64,000 nucleotides of DNA from Desulfarculus sp. (lineage in GTDB: Bacteria; Desulfobacterota; Desulfarculia; Desulfarculales; Desulfarculaceae), in contig JACQYR010000168.1 in NCBI GenBank assembly GCA_016208115.1, forward strand, positions 1,440 to 65,439, read 5' to 3'. Both the position numbers and the translations under genes were made by a program. The notes beneath the pieces are model-generated. The model ran no database searches. It was not told the origin of the DNA and saw only the letters and a program-made list of their open reading frames with translations. Below are positions 19,139 through 29,068 of the stretch, piece by piece; the first letter of the stretch is position 1; every line of letters begins with the position of its first letter.

Positions 19139-19983
19139 CAGATCATCTCCCTGATCGAGAGGTCAACGCGGTATTTGTCCGGCCCCGTCTGCTTGGGCCA
19201 GGGGTCCTTGGCCATCTTTCCCACCAATGTGGTCAACCGCTCATGCTTCAAGGTCTTGTCCATCAACTGCGCGATGAACAACCGCCGCTTGCCCACGTAA
19301 TGGAAGAACCGCCAGAATGAGCCGCCCACCGCCTCGGCCTCGGAAAGCTTTTCGAGGGTCAGGGAGAATTCGTGGTATTGCTCGCCCTCGTCGGTGAACA
19401 CCACCCCGCCCAGGGACTGGTCATCGTGGGAGCCATCGGTGAGCCGCAGGTCGTTACCAAAGGAGAAGTTGATCCCGGGGGCCAGCAAGTCGCCCATGAA
19501 CAGCGCGCCCAAATAGAACGGGTCGCCACCGTTGTCGAAGTCCAGGGCCACGTAACGTGCTCCAACCGTGCTGGACAGGGGCAACAGGCTGGTGACGCGC
19601 GGATAGAGCAGTTGGTCCCCCGGCAGGGGATAGCCCAGCCAGCCACTTTCCAGCCAGCCGCCCTCCAGCCAACCCAGGAGCGGTCCCACCACCTCCATCG
19701 TTTGCGAGAACACCTCGGTTTGCCAGGCGTCGGAGTAGGACCTTAGGGTCACGAGGGAAGCCGCCGTGAGGCTGTGGGCCGCCAGGCCGATGGCTGAGAT
19801 GGCCTGGGATTCCTGCAAATCCACCCGCAACTGCACGCTGCCCACGGGGCATTTCCAGGCCTCGGAGAGTATGCCCGTTTGCAGGTTGGTCACCGGCCAG
19901 CCCGCGACCTCCTGGCTCGCGGGGACGGTGGCCAGGACCGCGTCGTCAAATAGGGTGTTGTAGAGAAAGCGGACGTTGCTCAT
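19138..19983 (-). CDS. Tail tip / distal tail-type structural protein
   Basis: Position between hub and fibre genes; PVTNLQT...W, YLGALFMG...PGINFSFG, SLGG motifs. Confidence 0.6.
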   Translation of the reverse strand: MSNVRFLYNTLFDDAVLATVPASQEVAGWPVTNLQTGILSEAWKCPVGSVQLRVDLQESQAISAIGLAAHSLTAASLVTLRSYSDAWQTEVFSQTMEVVGPLLGWLEGGWLESGWLGYPLPGDQLLYPRVTSLLPLSSTVGARYVALDFDNGGDPFYLGALFMGDLLAPGINFSFGNDLRLTDGSHDDQSLGGVVFTDEGEQYHEFSLTLEKLSEAEAVGGSFWRFFHYVGKRRLFIAQLMDKTLKHERLTTLVGKMAKDPWPKQTGPDKYRVDLSIREMI

Positions 19984-21128
19984 TGTAGAAGGTCCACTTT
20001 CACCTGCTGGCTTTTGCCGGCCAGGACGCTATCGAAGCCCACCACTCGCAGGTTGCCGGCCAGGCCGAAGCGCGCCCCCCGCCGCTCCAGGTAAACCTGA
20101 TCGTGCAGGTCGAGGGCCAGGGGCTCCAGCTTGGCCGCGACGCGATGGACCACGCGGCGGACCGAGAACAGGCCCCACAGCCGGGCCAGCACCGTGTTGG
20201 CGTCAGCCTCCACGGTCAGGCAGGTGTCTCTTTCGACATCTGTGGCGCGGGCGTTGAGGGCCAGGATGGAGCTGTCCTGCTGGGTCACGGTGCCGTATTG
20301 CGGGCTCTGGCCGGTCTGGGTCAGATATTTGAGGGCGATCTTCCAATAATGCCGGTCGAGCACCTGGCGCTCGTAGGAAAGCAGGCGCACGTCGTCCACC
20401 AGGCTGATGGCCGCCGCGCCCTGGTCCGGAGCCGCCAGGGTGCCCACCACGAAGCGGCCCAGGCGGTCGAAGGTGTACCAACAACCGATGGGGCCAAGCA
20501 GGCGGTCCAGCAAGCCGCGCACGTCCTCGCCGGTGCTGTGGATCCACACCTGGAAGGGGTTGGCCGCCGCCCAGGCGTCCCAGGCGACCTGGTCCTTGGT
20601 GGTGACGCCGGCGGCGGTCAGGCAGGTCTGCACCACGCTGGCCAGGGTGCCGGAATATTCACCCTCGGCCAGGGTGCGCGCCAACAGCAGGGCCTGACCG
20701 TCCTGGATGGGCACGGTGTGCAGCCCGTCATTGGTGCGCGGGGTGCCCATGAGGCCAGTGAAGATGGTGCGGAACTCGCTGGTGTTAAGCTCGGGGAACC
20801 CCAGGGCGATGCCCACCGGCCCGCCGGCCCATTGCCAGCCCTCGATGTAATCGTCCAGGCGGCCGTCGCCAATGAGCACTTGCAGATAGCCGAACGTGGC
20901 CTGGCTGAACCCGAAAAAGGGCTCGGTCATGGCCTGGCTGAGTTGGGGGACTCCCTTGAGGCAGGGGCGGTGGAACTGCACGCAGCGGTCGGGGTTAAGG
21001 GCGTGAGTGGAGAGGTTCAGGGTGGCCGTTTCCAGGCCGCCCTGGCCGTCGGGCCGGGCCAGCACGGGGTAGGCCGCCACTATCTTCTTGCTGCGTTGGC
21101 GGCGGACCAGCTCATCCCAGGTGGCCAC
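19980..21128 (-). CDS. Tail tip / hub-type structural protein
   Basis: Directly after the tape measure; LLDRLLGPIGCWYTFDRLGRFVVG hub-like segment. Confidence 0.6.
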   Translation of the reverse strand: MATWDELVRRQRSKKIVAAYPVLARPDGQGGLETATLNLSTHALNPDRCVQFHRPCLKGVPQLSQAMTEPFFGFSQATFGYLQVLIGDGRLDDYIEGWQWAGGPVGIALGFPELNTSEFRTIFTGLMGTPRTNDGLHTVPIQDGQALLLARTLAEGEYSGTLASVVQTCLTAAGVTTKDQVAWDAWAAANPFQVWIHSTGEDVRGLLDRLLGPIGCWYTFDRLGRFVVGTLAAPDQGAAAISLVDDVRLLSYERQVLDRHYWKIALKYLTQTGQSPQYGTVTQQDSSILALNARATDVERDTCLTVEADANTVLARLWGLFSVRRVVHRVAAKLEPLALDLHDQVYLERRGARFGLAGNLRVVGFDSVLAGKSQQVKVDLLQ

Positions 21129-21129
21129 C

Positions 21130-24100
21130 TTAATACCCCCTGTCCTGGCCGTAGAGCCCGCGGATGTGGATCAGCGGTTGGCCGGCCTCGGAGCCATCGC
21201 GCAGGGCCCGCATCACGCCGGCGGTCACGGCGGCCGAGGTGGCCTCCCGCACCCGCTCCAGGGCGCCGGCCTCGCCCACGACGTCGCCATCCACCCGCAC
21301 CTCGATGGGGCCGACGTTGACGTGCACGTTGACCGGCCCGGCCTGCGCGCCCGGCGGGACCACGCCCTGGACCGGACCGGCCGGGATCAGGGGCATGGGC
21401 ACCGGCCCAGTCAACAGGGCGTCGTCACGCCAGCGGGGCATGCCGGCCATGAGGGTGGCCAAGGCCCCCTCCACCGAGCCGCCGTCGTGATAGCGGGGGC
21501 CGGCCAGGATGGCCTCCAGGGCCTGCCTGGGCACCTGGGTGTTGTTCAGGGCGTTCAAGAGACCCAGGCCGTAGTAGCGGGAGGCCTGCTCCTTGAGCAC
21601 GAACTCATCCTGCAGGAGCACGGCGGCCACCTCCCGGGCCGCCAGGCCTGCCTGGCCGCCGCCGTGCAGCCTGGGCCAGGCCCTCACCGGGCCACCGTCG
21701 TGATAGGACGACCGGCCATGCTCGTTGTAGAAAATATCGATGGACTTGCTCGAGGGCAGGGCCTCCAAGGCCTTGGCCAGGGCGTCTATGCTGGTGTTCA
21801 AGCTGGTGAGGGTCTTGTTCAGATTGCCCATCGCGCTGTCTTGCAGGCCCAACTCCTTATAAAGTGCCTGGCCCTCCGCCACCAATTCAGCGGTCTTCTC
21901 CGCGCCCAATTGGTTGGCATGGGTGAGCAGATCGCGGATTTCGTTGTAGCGGGCATACTTGGCGGTCAAATCCTCCACGTTGCCCGATTGCTGCATGAGC
22001 AGGTCTATCAACTGCTGCTGCTGGCCGGCCTCCAGGTCGCCGCCGGCCAGCAAGGAATCCACGGTGGAGGCCAGTGCCCGCTTGTGGGCGGTCAGGCGGT
22101 CCATGCCCGAGGCCAGGTCGTCGGCCAGACCCTTGCTGATGATCCAGGCCGGGTTGAGCTGGGTATTCAGCACGTCGGCGTATTCCTGGGTGCCGGGCGT
22201 CAGGCCCGTCAGGGTGTCGAGAATGCCACCCATGATGTAGCCATAGCCGCCCAGGTATTCGCCAGCCCCGGCGGCCAGGGGGGCCATCTCTCCCAGGCTG
22301 CCGCCCAGGTCCTCCAGGCTGATCTTGCCCTTCTGGGCCTGTTCGTCCACCCCCGCCAGGACTACCTTCAGGCGCTCCCAGTGGGCCAGGGTGTACCCGG
22401 GCTTTTCCCAGTCGGGGGTATCCTCCTCGTCGTCGAACAGGCTGCCCAGCCCGCCGCCGCCGGCGCCGCCCAGCAGGCCGCCCAGCAGGCCGCCCGCAAT
22501 GGTGCCGATGCCGGGTAGGATCATGGTGCCCAGCATGGCCCCGCCGATGCCGCCAGCCGCCCCGCCCAGTGCCCCGCCGAGTTGGGCGCCCATGCCCTGA
22601 CCATAGAGCAGTTGGGCCAGTTGCCAGCCGCTCAGCGCCCCGCCGATGCCGCTGGCGGCGTAGCCCATGCCGCTCAGACCCAGGGCCTCAATCGCGCCCT
22701 CGCCGGCGCTCCAATTGACCAGGCTGGACCCCAGGCCGGCCGGGGTGCCCCACAGGGACGGATTGAGGCTGCTGGTGGCCCATGAGCCACCGCCGGAGAA
22801 CCAACTGTAGGCGTCGTAGGCGCCCTTGGCCGTGGAAGCCATACCGCCCAGGCCGTTGCCCCCGCCCAAAATTCCGCCCACCAGGGGCAAATAGGGCTGG
22901 CCGGTGAACAGCCTGGCGATGTTGGCGCTGGCCCAGATCACCAGGATTTGCGACACCACCTGGCTGGTGATGTCTATGAGCCGGGCGCCCACGGCGCCGT
23001 AACGCTCCTCGATGTCGCCGAAGACCTTCTTGATGCCGCCGGCCAGGTCATTGGCCAACATGCCCTGGATGTTCTTGAGGGTGTGGGTGGTCAGGTCGCC
23101 GATGTGCTTGTCGGCGTCGGCCAGGTCGGCCACCACCTTGCCCAGGGCCGAGCGGTTCTTCTTGGCGTACTCGTCCTGGAGAGCCGCCACATCGGCCGCG
23201 CGGGTGCGTTCAGTGTCTAGGGTTTTCTCATGGTATTGATAATAAACTTCCCACCATTCTTCGAGCTTGGCGATCTTGTAGGCCAGCTCACCATCGGTGA
23301 GCTTGACAACCTTGAGGGTGTATTCTTCGCCCAGCTTGCCCCTTTTTTGTTCCCATTTCTCGGCGGCGTCGAGGGCGATCTTTTCGTCCTTGGCGCGTTG
23401 GTCCTGCACGGCCTTGTAGGACTTGATGATCTCGTCGTTGGCCCGCTTTTCTTCTTGTGCCCGCCGCTCGGCCGACCGCTTGGCCTCCTCCTCCCGCTTC
23501 TTGTTGATTTCCCTCTCCAGCTCCAGGACGGCCAGCTTGAGCTTGGCCTCCTCATTGGAGCCGGCCTGCGCGAAGGCCAGCTCACGCCGCAGCAGGTCCA
23601 ACCGGGCCTCGGTGGTGTCGTGCTGCTTCTTCAGCACCTGGTCGGCCACCTTGAGGGCCTCGGCCGCGCCGGCCTGCATGGCCTGCACGGTCTTGTCACC
23701 ACTGTAGGCCGCGTCACCCCCCGCCTTTTTTGACGCGTCGCTCACGCCTTCCAAGAGCAGCTTGATTTGGGCCAGGGCGTTGGCGGGCGCCCCAGACAGC
23801 GCCGTGAACCTGGCGGCCATCGCCTCCAGGTCCTGGACCACCCGCGTCTTCATGCCCTCGATCTTGTCGGCCAGCTCCGGGAACTGCGTCCCCATCTTGG
23901 ACAGCTCGCGGATGGTTTCCAGGGCTTTCTTGCTGGCGGCCTCCAGCGTGCCCACGGCCACCGCCGCGCCCTGGGAGCCCTCGCTGATGCCACGAACGTC
24001 TATGGGTGCGCCGGCCAGGTAGTTGGCGATCTGCTGCTGATAGCGCCTGGCAACCTCGCCCACCCTGGCCAGGGCTGTCTCGTAGGCCGACACAAAGGAA

Positions 24101-25743
24101 TCTAGACGCGCCTGGGCGGCGGTGACATTGGCCTTGCGTGTGGCCGTCTCCTCTTCCTGCAAAACAGCCACGTGGGCCTTGACCATCGCGACCAGACGGT
24201 CCAGCGAGATCTCGGCGTTGTTGTAGGAGCGGACCAGGTCGGGGAAAACGCCGTTGAGTTTTTGCACCGCCTCCCATTCCAGGCGGTGACTGCCCGTGGC
24301 CGAGGCTATCTGGGTTTCAAAACTGCCCAGGGCGGATCGGGCCTGATCCAGCTTGGCGGCGGCCTCGCTGTGCTTCTGGCCGGTGTCTTGCACCGCCTTG
24401 GCCAGCTTGGCCTGCTTTTCCTCGGCTGAGTCGGTGGCGGCCATCCAGACGGCCAGGCCGGTGGCCACCGCGCCGATGGCCACGGCGGCAGCCGTGAAGG
24501 GGTGCGCCAACACCAAGGCCCATAGTTTCCCCACGCCGGTGGCCAAGTCCCCGATCTTGGCGGTGGCGATAAGGCCCTCGGCCTTGAAGATGGCCACGGC
24601 GGCGCCGGCTGTCCCCAGGGCGCGGGTCAGTATTTCGCTGTGGCCGATCAGCCAGGTGGCGGCCTGCACCGTCTTGCGCAGGGCTGGGTCCAACTCCTCG
24701 AAAAAGGCGATGGCCGCTTCCTCGGAGGCGCTGGCCAGCATCTTGAGATCGCCGCCCAGGGTGTCCACCTGCTGCTTGGCCATCTCGGCGGCCTTGCCCG
24801 AGCCGCTGAGCTTGCCTTGCAGCTCGTCAATGGCCGCCTTGCCCCCGCTGACCAGGGCGATCATGCCCGGGCCGGCCTCCTGGCCGAATATCTTGAATAT
24901 CTCGGCGGCCCCCGCGCCCTTCTGCTTCAGTTCCTCGATGATCTCGGCCAGGGGTTTTAGCTGCCCCGAGGCGTCCTTGGTCTGCACGCCCAGGGCGGCC
25001 AGGGCCTTGGCCTGCTGCTCGGTGGGGTCCAGCAGGGTGCTGATGGCCGAGCGCAGGGTGGTGCCGGCCTGGCTGGCCTCGAAGCCGCTGTTGTAGAGGG
25101 CCATCAAGAGGGCGGTGGTCTGCTCCAGGGACAGGCCCAGGGCGGCGGCCACCGGCCCCACGTAGCGCATGGAGATGCCCAGCTTGTCCATCGTGGCCTG
25201 GGAGCCGCCGATGGCCAGGGCGAAGACATCGGCCACGTGGCCCGCGTCCGCGGCCTCCAGCTTGAACTGGCTGAGCGTGGCGGCCACGATGGCGGATGTC
25301 TGGGCCAGGTTGCTCTGGGTGGCGGCGGCCAGGTTCATCACGCCGGCCTGGGCGGCGATGATCTGGTTGACGCCCATGCCGGCGCTGGCCAGGTGGTACT
25401 GGGCGTCGGCCGACTGCTTGGCGCTGAAGACGCTGACCGCCGCCTGCTGGCGGGCGGCCTGCTCCAGCAGTTGCAGCTCCTGGCGGGTGGCCCCGGCCAC
25501 GCTGGCCGTGTTGGCCATCGCGTCCTTGAAGGCGATGTAGGCGGATGCCGCGCCGCCGATGGTGGCCACGGCCCCGGCGGCCAGCAGCATCTCCTGCAAA
25601 TGACCGCCCAGGGCCTCCACGCTGGGGCTGGCGGCCTTGACGGACTTGTCGAGCTGCTGGACCTTGCCGTCCACCAGCTCCAGGGATTGGACCCCCTCGG
25701 CGCCGATCCTGATCTTGAGGTTTATGGTCTGCTCGTCCGCCAC
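21130..25743 (-). CDS. Tail tape measure protein (TP901-like core)
   Basis: About 1537 aa, Ala-rich helical; FSAKQSADAQYHLASAG, YVGPVAAALG, ASQAGTTLR, IFGQEA motifs; C-terminal YHDGG motifs; follows the chaperones. Confidence 0.92.
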   Translation of the reverse strand: MADEQTINLKIRIGAEGVQSLELVDGKVQQLDKSVKAASPSVEALGGHLQEMLLAAGAVATIGGAASAYIAFKDAMANTASVAGATRQELQLLEQAARQQAAVSVFSAKQSADAQYHLASAGMGVNQIIAAQAGVMNLAAATQSNLAQTSAIVAATLSQFKLEAADAGHVADVFALAIGGSQATMDKLGISMRYVGPVAAALGLSLEQTTALLMALYNSGFEASQAGTTLRSAISTLLDPTEQQAKALAALGVQTKDASGQLKPLAEIIEELKQKGAGAAEIFKIFGQEAGPGMIALVSGGKAAIDELQGKLSGSGKAAEMAKQQVDTLGGDLKMLASASEEAAIAFFEELDPALRKTVQAATWLIGHSEILTRALGTAGAAVAIFKAEGLIATAKIGDLATGVGKLWALVLAHPFTAAAVAIGAVATGLAVWMAATDSAEEKQAKLAKAVQDTGQKHSEAAAKLDQARSALGSFETQIASATGSHRLEWEAVQKLNGVFPDLVRSYNNAEISLDRLVAMVKAHVAVLQEEETATRKANVTAAQARLDSFVSAYETALARVGEVARRYQQQIANYLAGAPIDVRGISEGSQGAAVAVGTLEAASKKALETIRELSKMGTQFPELADKIEGMKTRVVQDLEAMAARFTALSGAPANALAQIKLLLEGVSDASKKAGGDAAYSGDKTVQAMQAGAAEALKVADQVLKKQHDTTEARLDLLRRELAFAQAGSNEEAKLKLAVLELEREINKKREEEAKRSAERRAQEEKRANDEIIKSYKAVQDQRAKDEKIALDAAEKWEQKRGKLGEEYTLKVVKLTDGELAYKIAKLEEWWEVYYQYHEKTLDTERTRAADVAALQDEYAKKNRSALGKVVADLADADKHIGDLTTHTLKNIQGMLANDLAGGIKKVFGDIEERYGAVGARLIDITSQVVSQILVIWASANIARLFTGQPYLPLVGGILGGGNGLGGMASTAKGAYDAYSWFSGGGSWATSSLNPSLWGTPAGLGSSLVNWSAGEGAIEALGLSGMGYAASGIGGALSGWQLAQLLYGQGMGAQLGGALGGAAGGIGGAMLGTMILPGIGTIAGGLLGGLLGGAGGGGLGSLFDDEEDTPDWEKPGYTLAHWERLKVVLAGVDEQAQKGKISLEDLGGSLGEMAPLAAGAGEYLGGYGYIMGGILDTLTGLTPGTQEYADVLNTQLNPAWIISKGLADDLASGMDRLTAHKRALASTVDSLLAGGDLEAGQQQQLIDLLMQQSGNVEDLTAKYARYNEIRDLLTHANQLGAEKTAELVAEGQALYKELGLQDSAMGNLNKTLTSLNTSIDALAKALEALPSSKSIDIFYNEHGRSSYHDGGPVRAWPRLHGGGQAGLAAREVAAVLLQDEFVLKEQASRYYGLGLLNALNNTQVPRQALEAILAGPRYHDGGSVEGALATLMAGMPRWRDDALLTGPVPMPLIPAGPVQGVVPPGAQAGPVNVHVNVGPIEVRVDGDVVGEAGALERVREATSAAVTAGVMRALRDGSEAGQPLIHIRGLYGQDRGY

Positions 25744-26027
25744 GCCAGCCTCGCGATCTCCAACGCCTCGGCCACCTCGCCCAGGTCCAGCCACGTCTCG
25801 GGGCTCAGGTCACACCATTCGGCCAGGGGCACGCCGGCCTGACGCAACCGGTGCAAGCGCAACAACCAGGCCGTGTACCAATGCACGCTCTCCGGCCGCC
25901 GGCTCTTGCACTTGCCGCAGGACCAGGCCAGGTGGGCCGGGTCGGGCATGCGCTCGCGGCAGCGCTCACGGTCCTGGGGCGTGCAGGGGCGCAGAAACAA
26001 CCCCAGGACCTCGTCACCTACAAAGGG
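25722..26027 (-). CDS. Tail assembly chaperone C-terminal extension (gpGT-like), reached by -1 frameshift
   Basis: The -1 frame opens at the slippery site as PFVGDEVLGLFLRPC...WLDLGEVAEALE; no independent start evident. Confidence 0.7.
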   Translation of the reverse strand, partial: PFVGDEVLGLFLRPCTPQDRERCRERMPDPAHLAWSCGKCKSRRPESVHWYTAWLLRLHRLRQAGVPLAEWCDLSPETWLDLGEVAEALEIARLAWRTSRP

Positions 26028-26515
26028 GCCGGCCCCGGCTCTCCATCCACCGGGGGCTGGGGCTGGTCCTCGGGCTCGCCCGCCAGATTTTCGGCCAGCC
26101 CGCGCACCATGTCGTCCATGCGGGAGATGTCGTACACCCCGTGGAAGATGTTGATGCCCAACTCCACCAGGAGCTTGGACTCCACGCGCTCCAGCACCGC
26201 GAACCAATCCCGCCGGTAGCCCGGCTCGCCGGGCACGCAGGACAGCGGCACCCACTGGCCCTCCACCTCGATCTCTATGGCCTCCCCCTCCATCGGGAAG
26301 GTGAAGCCCCTGAGCACCTCGGGCAGGTGCCTCACCGCCGCGCCCACGCGGTCCATGACCACGGTCTTGCCCCGGCGCGTCACGCAACCGGCGTTGTAGG
26401 CGGTGATCTGGCGGGTGGTGGGCCGGCTGAACTCGAACTCGATGGTCACCCCGGCGCCGGCGTCGCGCAGGGTGGATTTGTAGGTCTGGACGTCCTCGCT
26501 GTAGCGTATGGCCAT
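26018..26515 (-). CDS. Tail assembly chaperone (gpG-like)
   Basis: MAIRYSEDV start with AAGGAG SD; lies between the tail tube and tape measure genes; ends ...GCC CCT TTG TAG. Confidence 0.75.
   Translation of the reverse strand: MAIRYSEDVQTYKSTLRDAGAGVTIEFEFSRPTTRQITAYNAGCVTRRGKTVVMDRVGAAVRHLPEVLRGFTFPMEGEAIEIEVEGQWVPLSCVPGEPGYRRDWFAVLERVESKLLVELGINIFHGVYDISRMDDMVRGLAENLAGEPEDQPQPPVDGEPGPAPL
26021..26027 (-). other. Programmed -1 frameshift slippery heptamer C CCT TTG
   Basis: X XXY YYZ directly before the chaperone stop, at the conserved lambda G/GT-type position. Confidence 0.75.
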
Positions 26516-26526
26516 GCCGATTCTCC

Positions 26527-28098
26527 TTAAGCCGCGTAGGTGGCCACGGTGTTGGTGATCTTGGCCAGGAAGGGGCCATAAGTGGGGTCGGAGAGGACCG
26601 CCACCTCGGACGACTCCTTCCAGGTTTCGCCGTCCAGGTCGGGGCTGGCCGCCTTGAGGGCCAGGCGGGGCCAGACCAGGTCGGCCTGGTAGGCGTAGCC
26701 GCCGGCGATCACCGGGCCGGTGGCCCGCACCAGCAGGCCGAAGGTGGGGGCCTGGCCCGCCGGGGAGCCCACCCCGCTGTCCAGCATGGCCTGGTACACG
26801 GCGTCGGTCATGCGCCGGTCGAAGCTCAGGGTCTGCTTGCGCTGGCCGCGCAACAACGAGCTGGTGTAGTCCTGGTCGCCGGGCCGGAACTCGGCCGTCA
26901 AACCGTTGGCCAGGGTCCATTTAAGGGAGTTGAGGTCGCCGCCCAGGGCCCGGCCTCCGGCGAAGCTGGCGCCGTCCCAGTGGCCGCCCACCACCACGCT
27001 GATGTTGGTGATGTACATGCCCGGCTCGCTGACGAAGCCGGGCAGGGTGCCCCCCAGCCAGCCGAACTGCAACACCTGGTAGGCGTCGCCGGAGCGCGCG
27101 CCGGCGGTGTAGAGGTCCACGCCCTCCAGGGTGTAGGCGGTGGTGGTGTTGGCGGCGATCCGCGCGATCAGTCCGGCCGCGTCGCCGTCGGTGATCCTGA
27201 TCCAACGGCCCACCTGGGCGCCGGCCGTGAGCCCGGCGGCCGAGTCGGTCCAGGTGCTCTGGTTGTTGGCGTAGTCGTAGCTGGGGTCGGCGGTGGCCGT
27301 GCCGGTCTTGAGCGCCGCCGACTCCACGGGCACGTAGAGCACCCGGTAGGTGCCCGCCGCGCTGCCGCCGGGCGTGGGCGGGAGGATGGTCAGCGCGGCG
27401 GGAGTGGCGGCGCTGGCGGCGGTGCACTTAACCCCGCTCCAGGCGTTGCCGCCCGTGGCCCGGAAGAGCACCTCGTGCACCGAGGCCAGGCGGGCGGCGG
27501 CGCTGGAGCCCTGCACGCCACCCCCGGCCAGGAGCAGCGAGGTGTCGCCGTTGGTGCCCACCACGTCCTCGCTGACCAGGTTGATCTGGTGCTTGCCGGT
27601 GCCCTTCAGGCTGGCCTCGGCCGTGACCCAGTCGCCCTTCTTGATGTCCAGGGTGACCTGGTCCACGCCCAGGCTGGCGATGACGGTCTTGAGCAGGCCG
27701 CTGCCCATCTGCTGCACAGCGGTGAAGGTGGGCAGGTCGCGCACCGTCTCCAGGGAGGCGGCCAGGGGGGTGACGGTGTGGCGATAGGCTTGGCCCGCCA
27801 CCAGCTCGGAGCTGCTCACCGCGCCCAGGCCGTAGGCCAAGAGTAGGGCCAGCTCCTGGTATTGCAGCATGGGGAACTTCAGCGGCCCGTCGGCCAGGGT
27901 GCCGAAGAGATACTGCCGGTCGGGCTCGTCGGACATGCCCACGGTGCGGGGCAGTTCCTTGCCGTCGCGGGCGGCCTTGAGCAGGTTGCCCAGGGCCACC
28001 TGCAGGCAGGTGTCCACCGCCTGCTCCTGGTTCAGGCCGCGCTCGCGCTTTTGGGCCGAAACCCACAGGCGGCTCAGGTGGGCGTGATTGTCCCTCAT
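26527..28098 (-). CDS. Major tail (tube) protein with inserted accessory domains, 523 aa
   Basis: Start MRDNHAHL with GGAGGAA SD; LALLLAYGLG...YRHTVTP...LPTFTA tube-like N-half and ADLVWPRL C-half; position before the chaperones. Confidence 0.75.
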   Translation of the reverse strand: MRDNHAHLSRLWVSAQKRERGLNQEQAVDTCLQVALGNLLKAARDGKELPRTVGMSDEPDRQYLFGTLADGPLKFPMLQYQELALLLAYGLGAVSSSELVAGQAYRHTVTPLAASLETVRDLPTFTAVQQMGSGLLKTVIASLGVDQVTLDIKKGDWVTAEASLKGTGKHQINLVSEDVVGTNGDTSLLLAGGGVQGSSAAARLASVHEVLFRATGGNAWSGVKCTAASAATPAALTILPPTPGGSAAGTYRVLYVPVESAALKTGTATADPSYDYANNQSTWTDSAAGLTAGAQVGRWIRITDGDAAGLIARIAANTTTAYTLEGVDLYTAGARSGDAYQVLQFGWLGGTLPGFVSEPGMYITNISVVVGGHWDGASFAGGRALGGDLNSLKWTLANGLTAEFRPGDQDYTSSLLRGQRKQTLSFDRRMTDAVYQAMLDSGVGSPAGQAPTFGLLVRATGPVIAGGYAYQADLVWPRLALKAASPDLDGETWKESSEVAVLSDPTYGPFLAKITNTVATYAA

Positions 28099-28532
28099 GA
28101 CGGTTCCTCCAGTTCGTAGCGGAAAGTCAAAACCTTCTGGACCAGCAGGCGGGCCGGCTCCTGCATCAGGCCGGAGGCCTGGCCCTCGACATACTTGGCC
28201 GAGCGGATCTCGGCGCGGCCCAGGTAGTTGCGGTGCAGGGCCAGGCGCAGCGCCTCGGCCAGGTCGAGCACGGCCAAAAGTCCCTGGCCGGGCTTGGTCT
28301 GGGCAAGGCCGTAGACTCCCACCAACACCTCCAGGCGGCGCGTGCGCGCCCCCAGCGCCCGGTCCTCGGTCTCTTGCTCGTCGCCGTCCTTGATCGCGGC
28401 GGCGGGCATGTGCGTGTCCTTGGGTAGGTCGCAGAGATCGCGGTCTATCAGCTCGGAGAAGACCACGGCCTTGAACAACCCCAGCCCCTCCAGATGCTGC
28501 TTTACCGCTTGCAGCAGCTCTCCGGTGGTCAT
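28095..28532 (-). CDS. Tail terminator-type protein (Mu gp37 position)
   Basis: Size, PAAAI/LEVLVGVY pattern and synteny. Confidence 0.6.
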   Translation of the reverse strand: MTTGELLQAVKQHLEGLGLFKAVVFSELIDRDLCDLPKDTHMPAAAIKDGDEQETEDRALGARTRRLEVLVGVYGLAQTKPGQGLLAVLDLAEALRLALHRNYLGRAEIRSAKYVEGQASGLMQEPARLLVQKVLTFRYELEEPS

Positions 28533-29068
28533 CGCCCAGACCTCTTGCCCGCCCCCTGGGTGGCGCCCAGGTGGCGCAGCAGACTGCGGTTGAGGTAGGC
28601 GCGGTCCTCATCGTGGACCAACAGGAAGGGCCTGGCGGGGAGGTTCAGGCGCACCCGGCGGGTGTGGGCGCGCACGATCACCCAACTCTTGCCCTTCTTG
28701 CCCTTGACCTTGATACGGCGGGCGTGGGCGCGCACCTGCTGGGTCACCACCTTGCTGACCCCAAACTGGTGCGCGGCGGCGTAGGCCACGTTGGTGCCCA
28801 CCAGCACCGTCTCGCCGCTGACCCGGCCCAGGATGCTACGCTGCAGGCGGGCCGTCTTGACCAGGGTCTTGCCGCCCTTGAGCTGTGCCCTCCGGCTGGG
28901 AGGCCAGCCCTGGGGCCTGCCGCCGGCCTCGAAGTTGCGCTTGACGCTGGTGACCATGTACTCGGCGAAATCGGCGCGCACCGGCTGCAAATCCTGGGCG
29001 CGGCTGGCCAGGCTGCCCAAAAAGGCACGCGCTCCGGCGTCGCTCAGCCCTATGCCCATTCGGGCCAT
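28529..29068 (-). CDS. Virion morphogenesis protein (Mu gpG / tail completion family)
   Basis: NFEAGGRP..W, TLVKTARLQRSI, VGTNVAYAAAHQFG, LPARPFL. Confidence 0.88.
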   Translation of the reverse strand: MARMGIGLSDAGARAFLGSLASRAQDLQPVRADFAEYMVTSVKRNFEAGGRPQGWPPSRRAQLKGGKTLVKTARLQRSILGRVSGETVLVGTNVAYAAAHQFGVSKVVTQQVRAHARRIKVKGKKGKSWVIVRAHTRRVRLNLPARPFLLVHDEDRAYLNRSLLRHLGATQGAGKRSGR

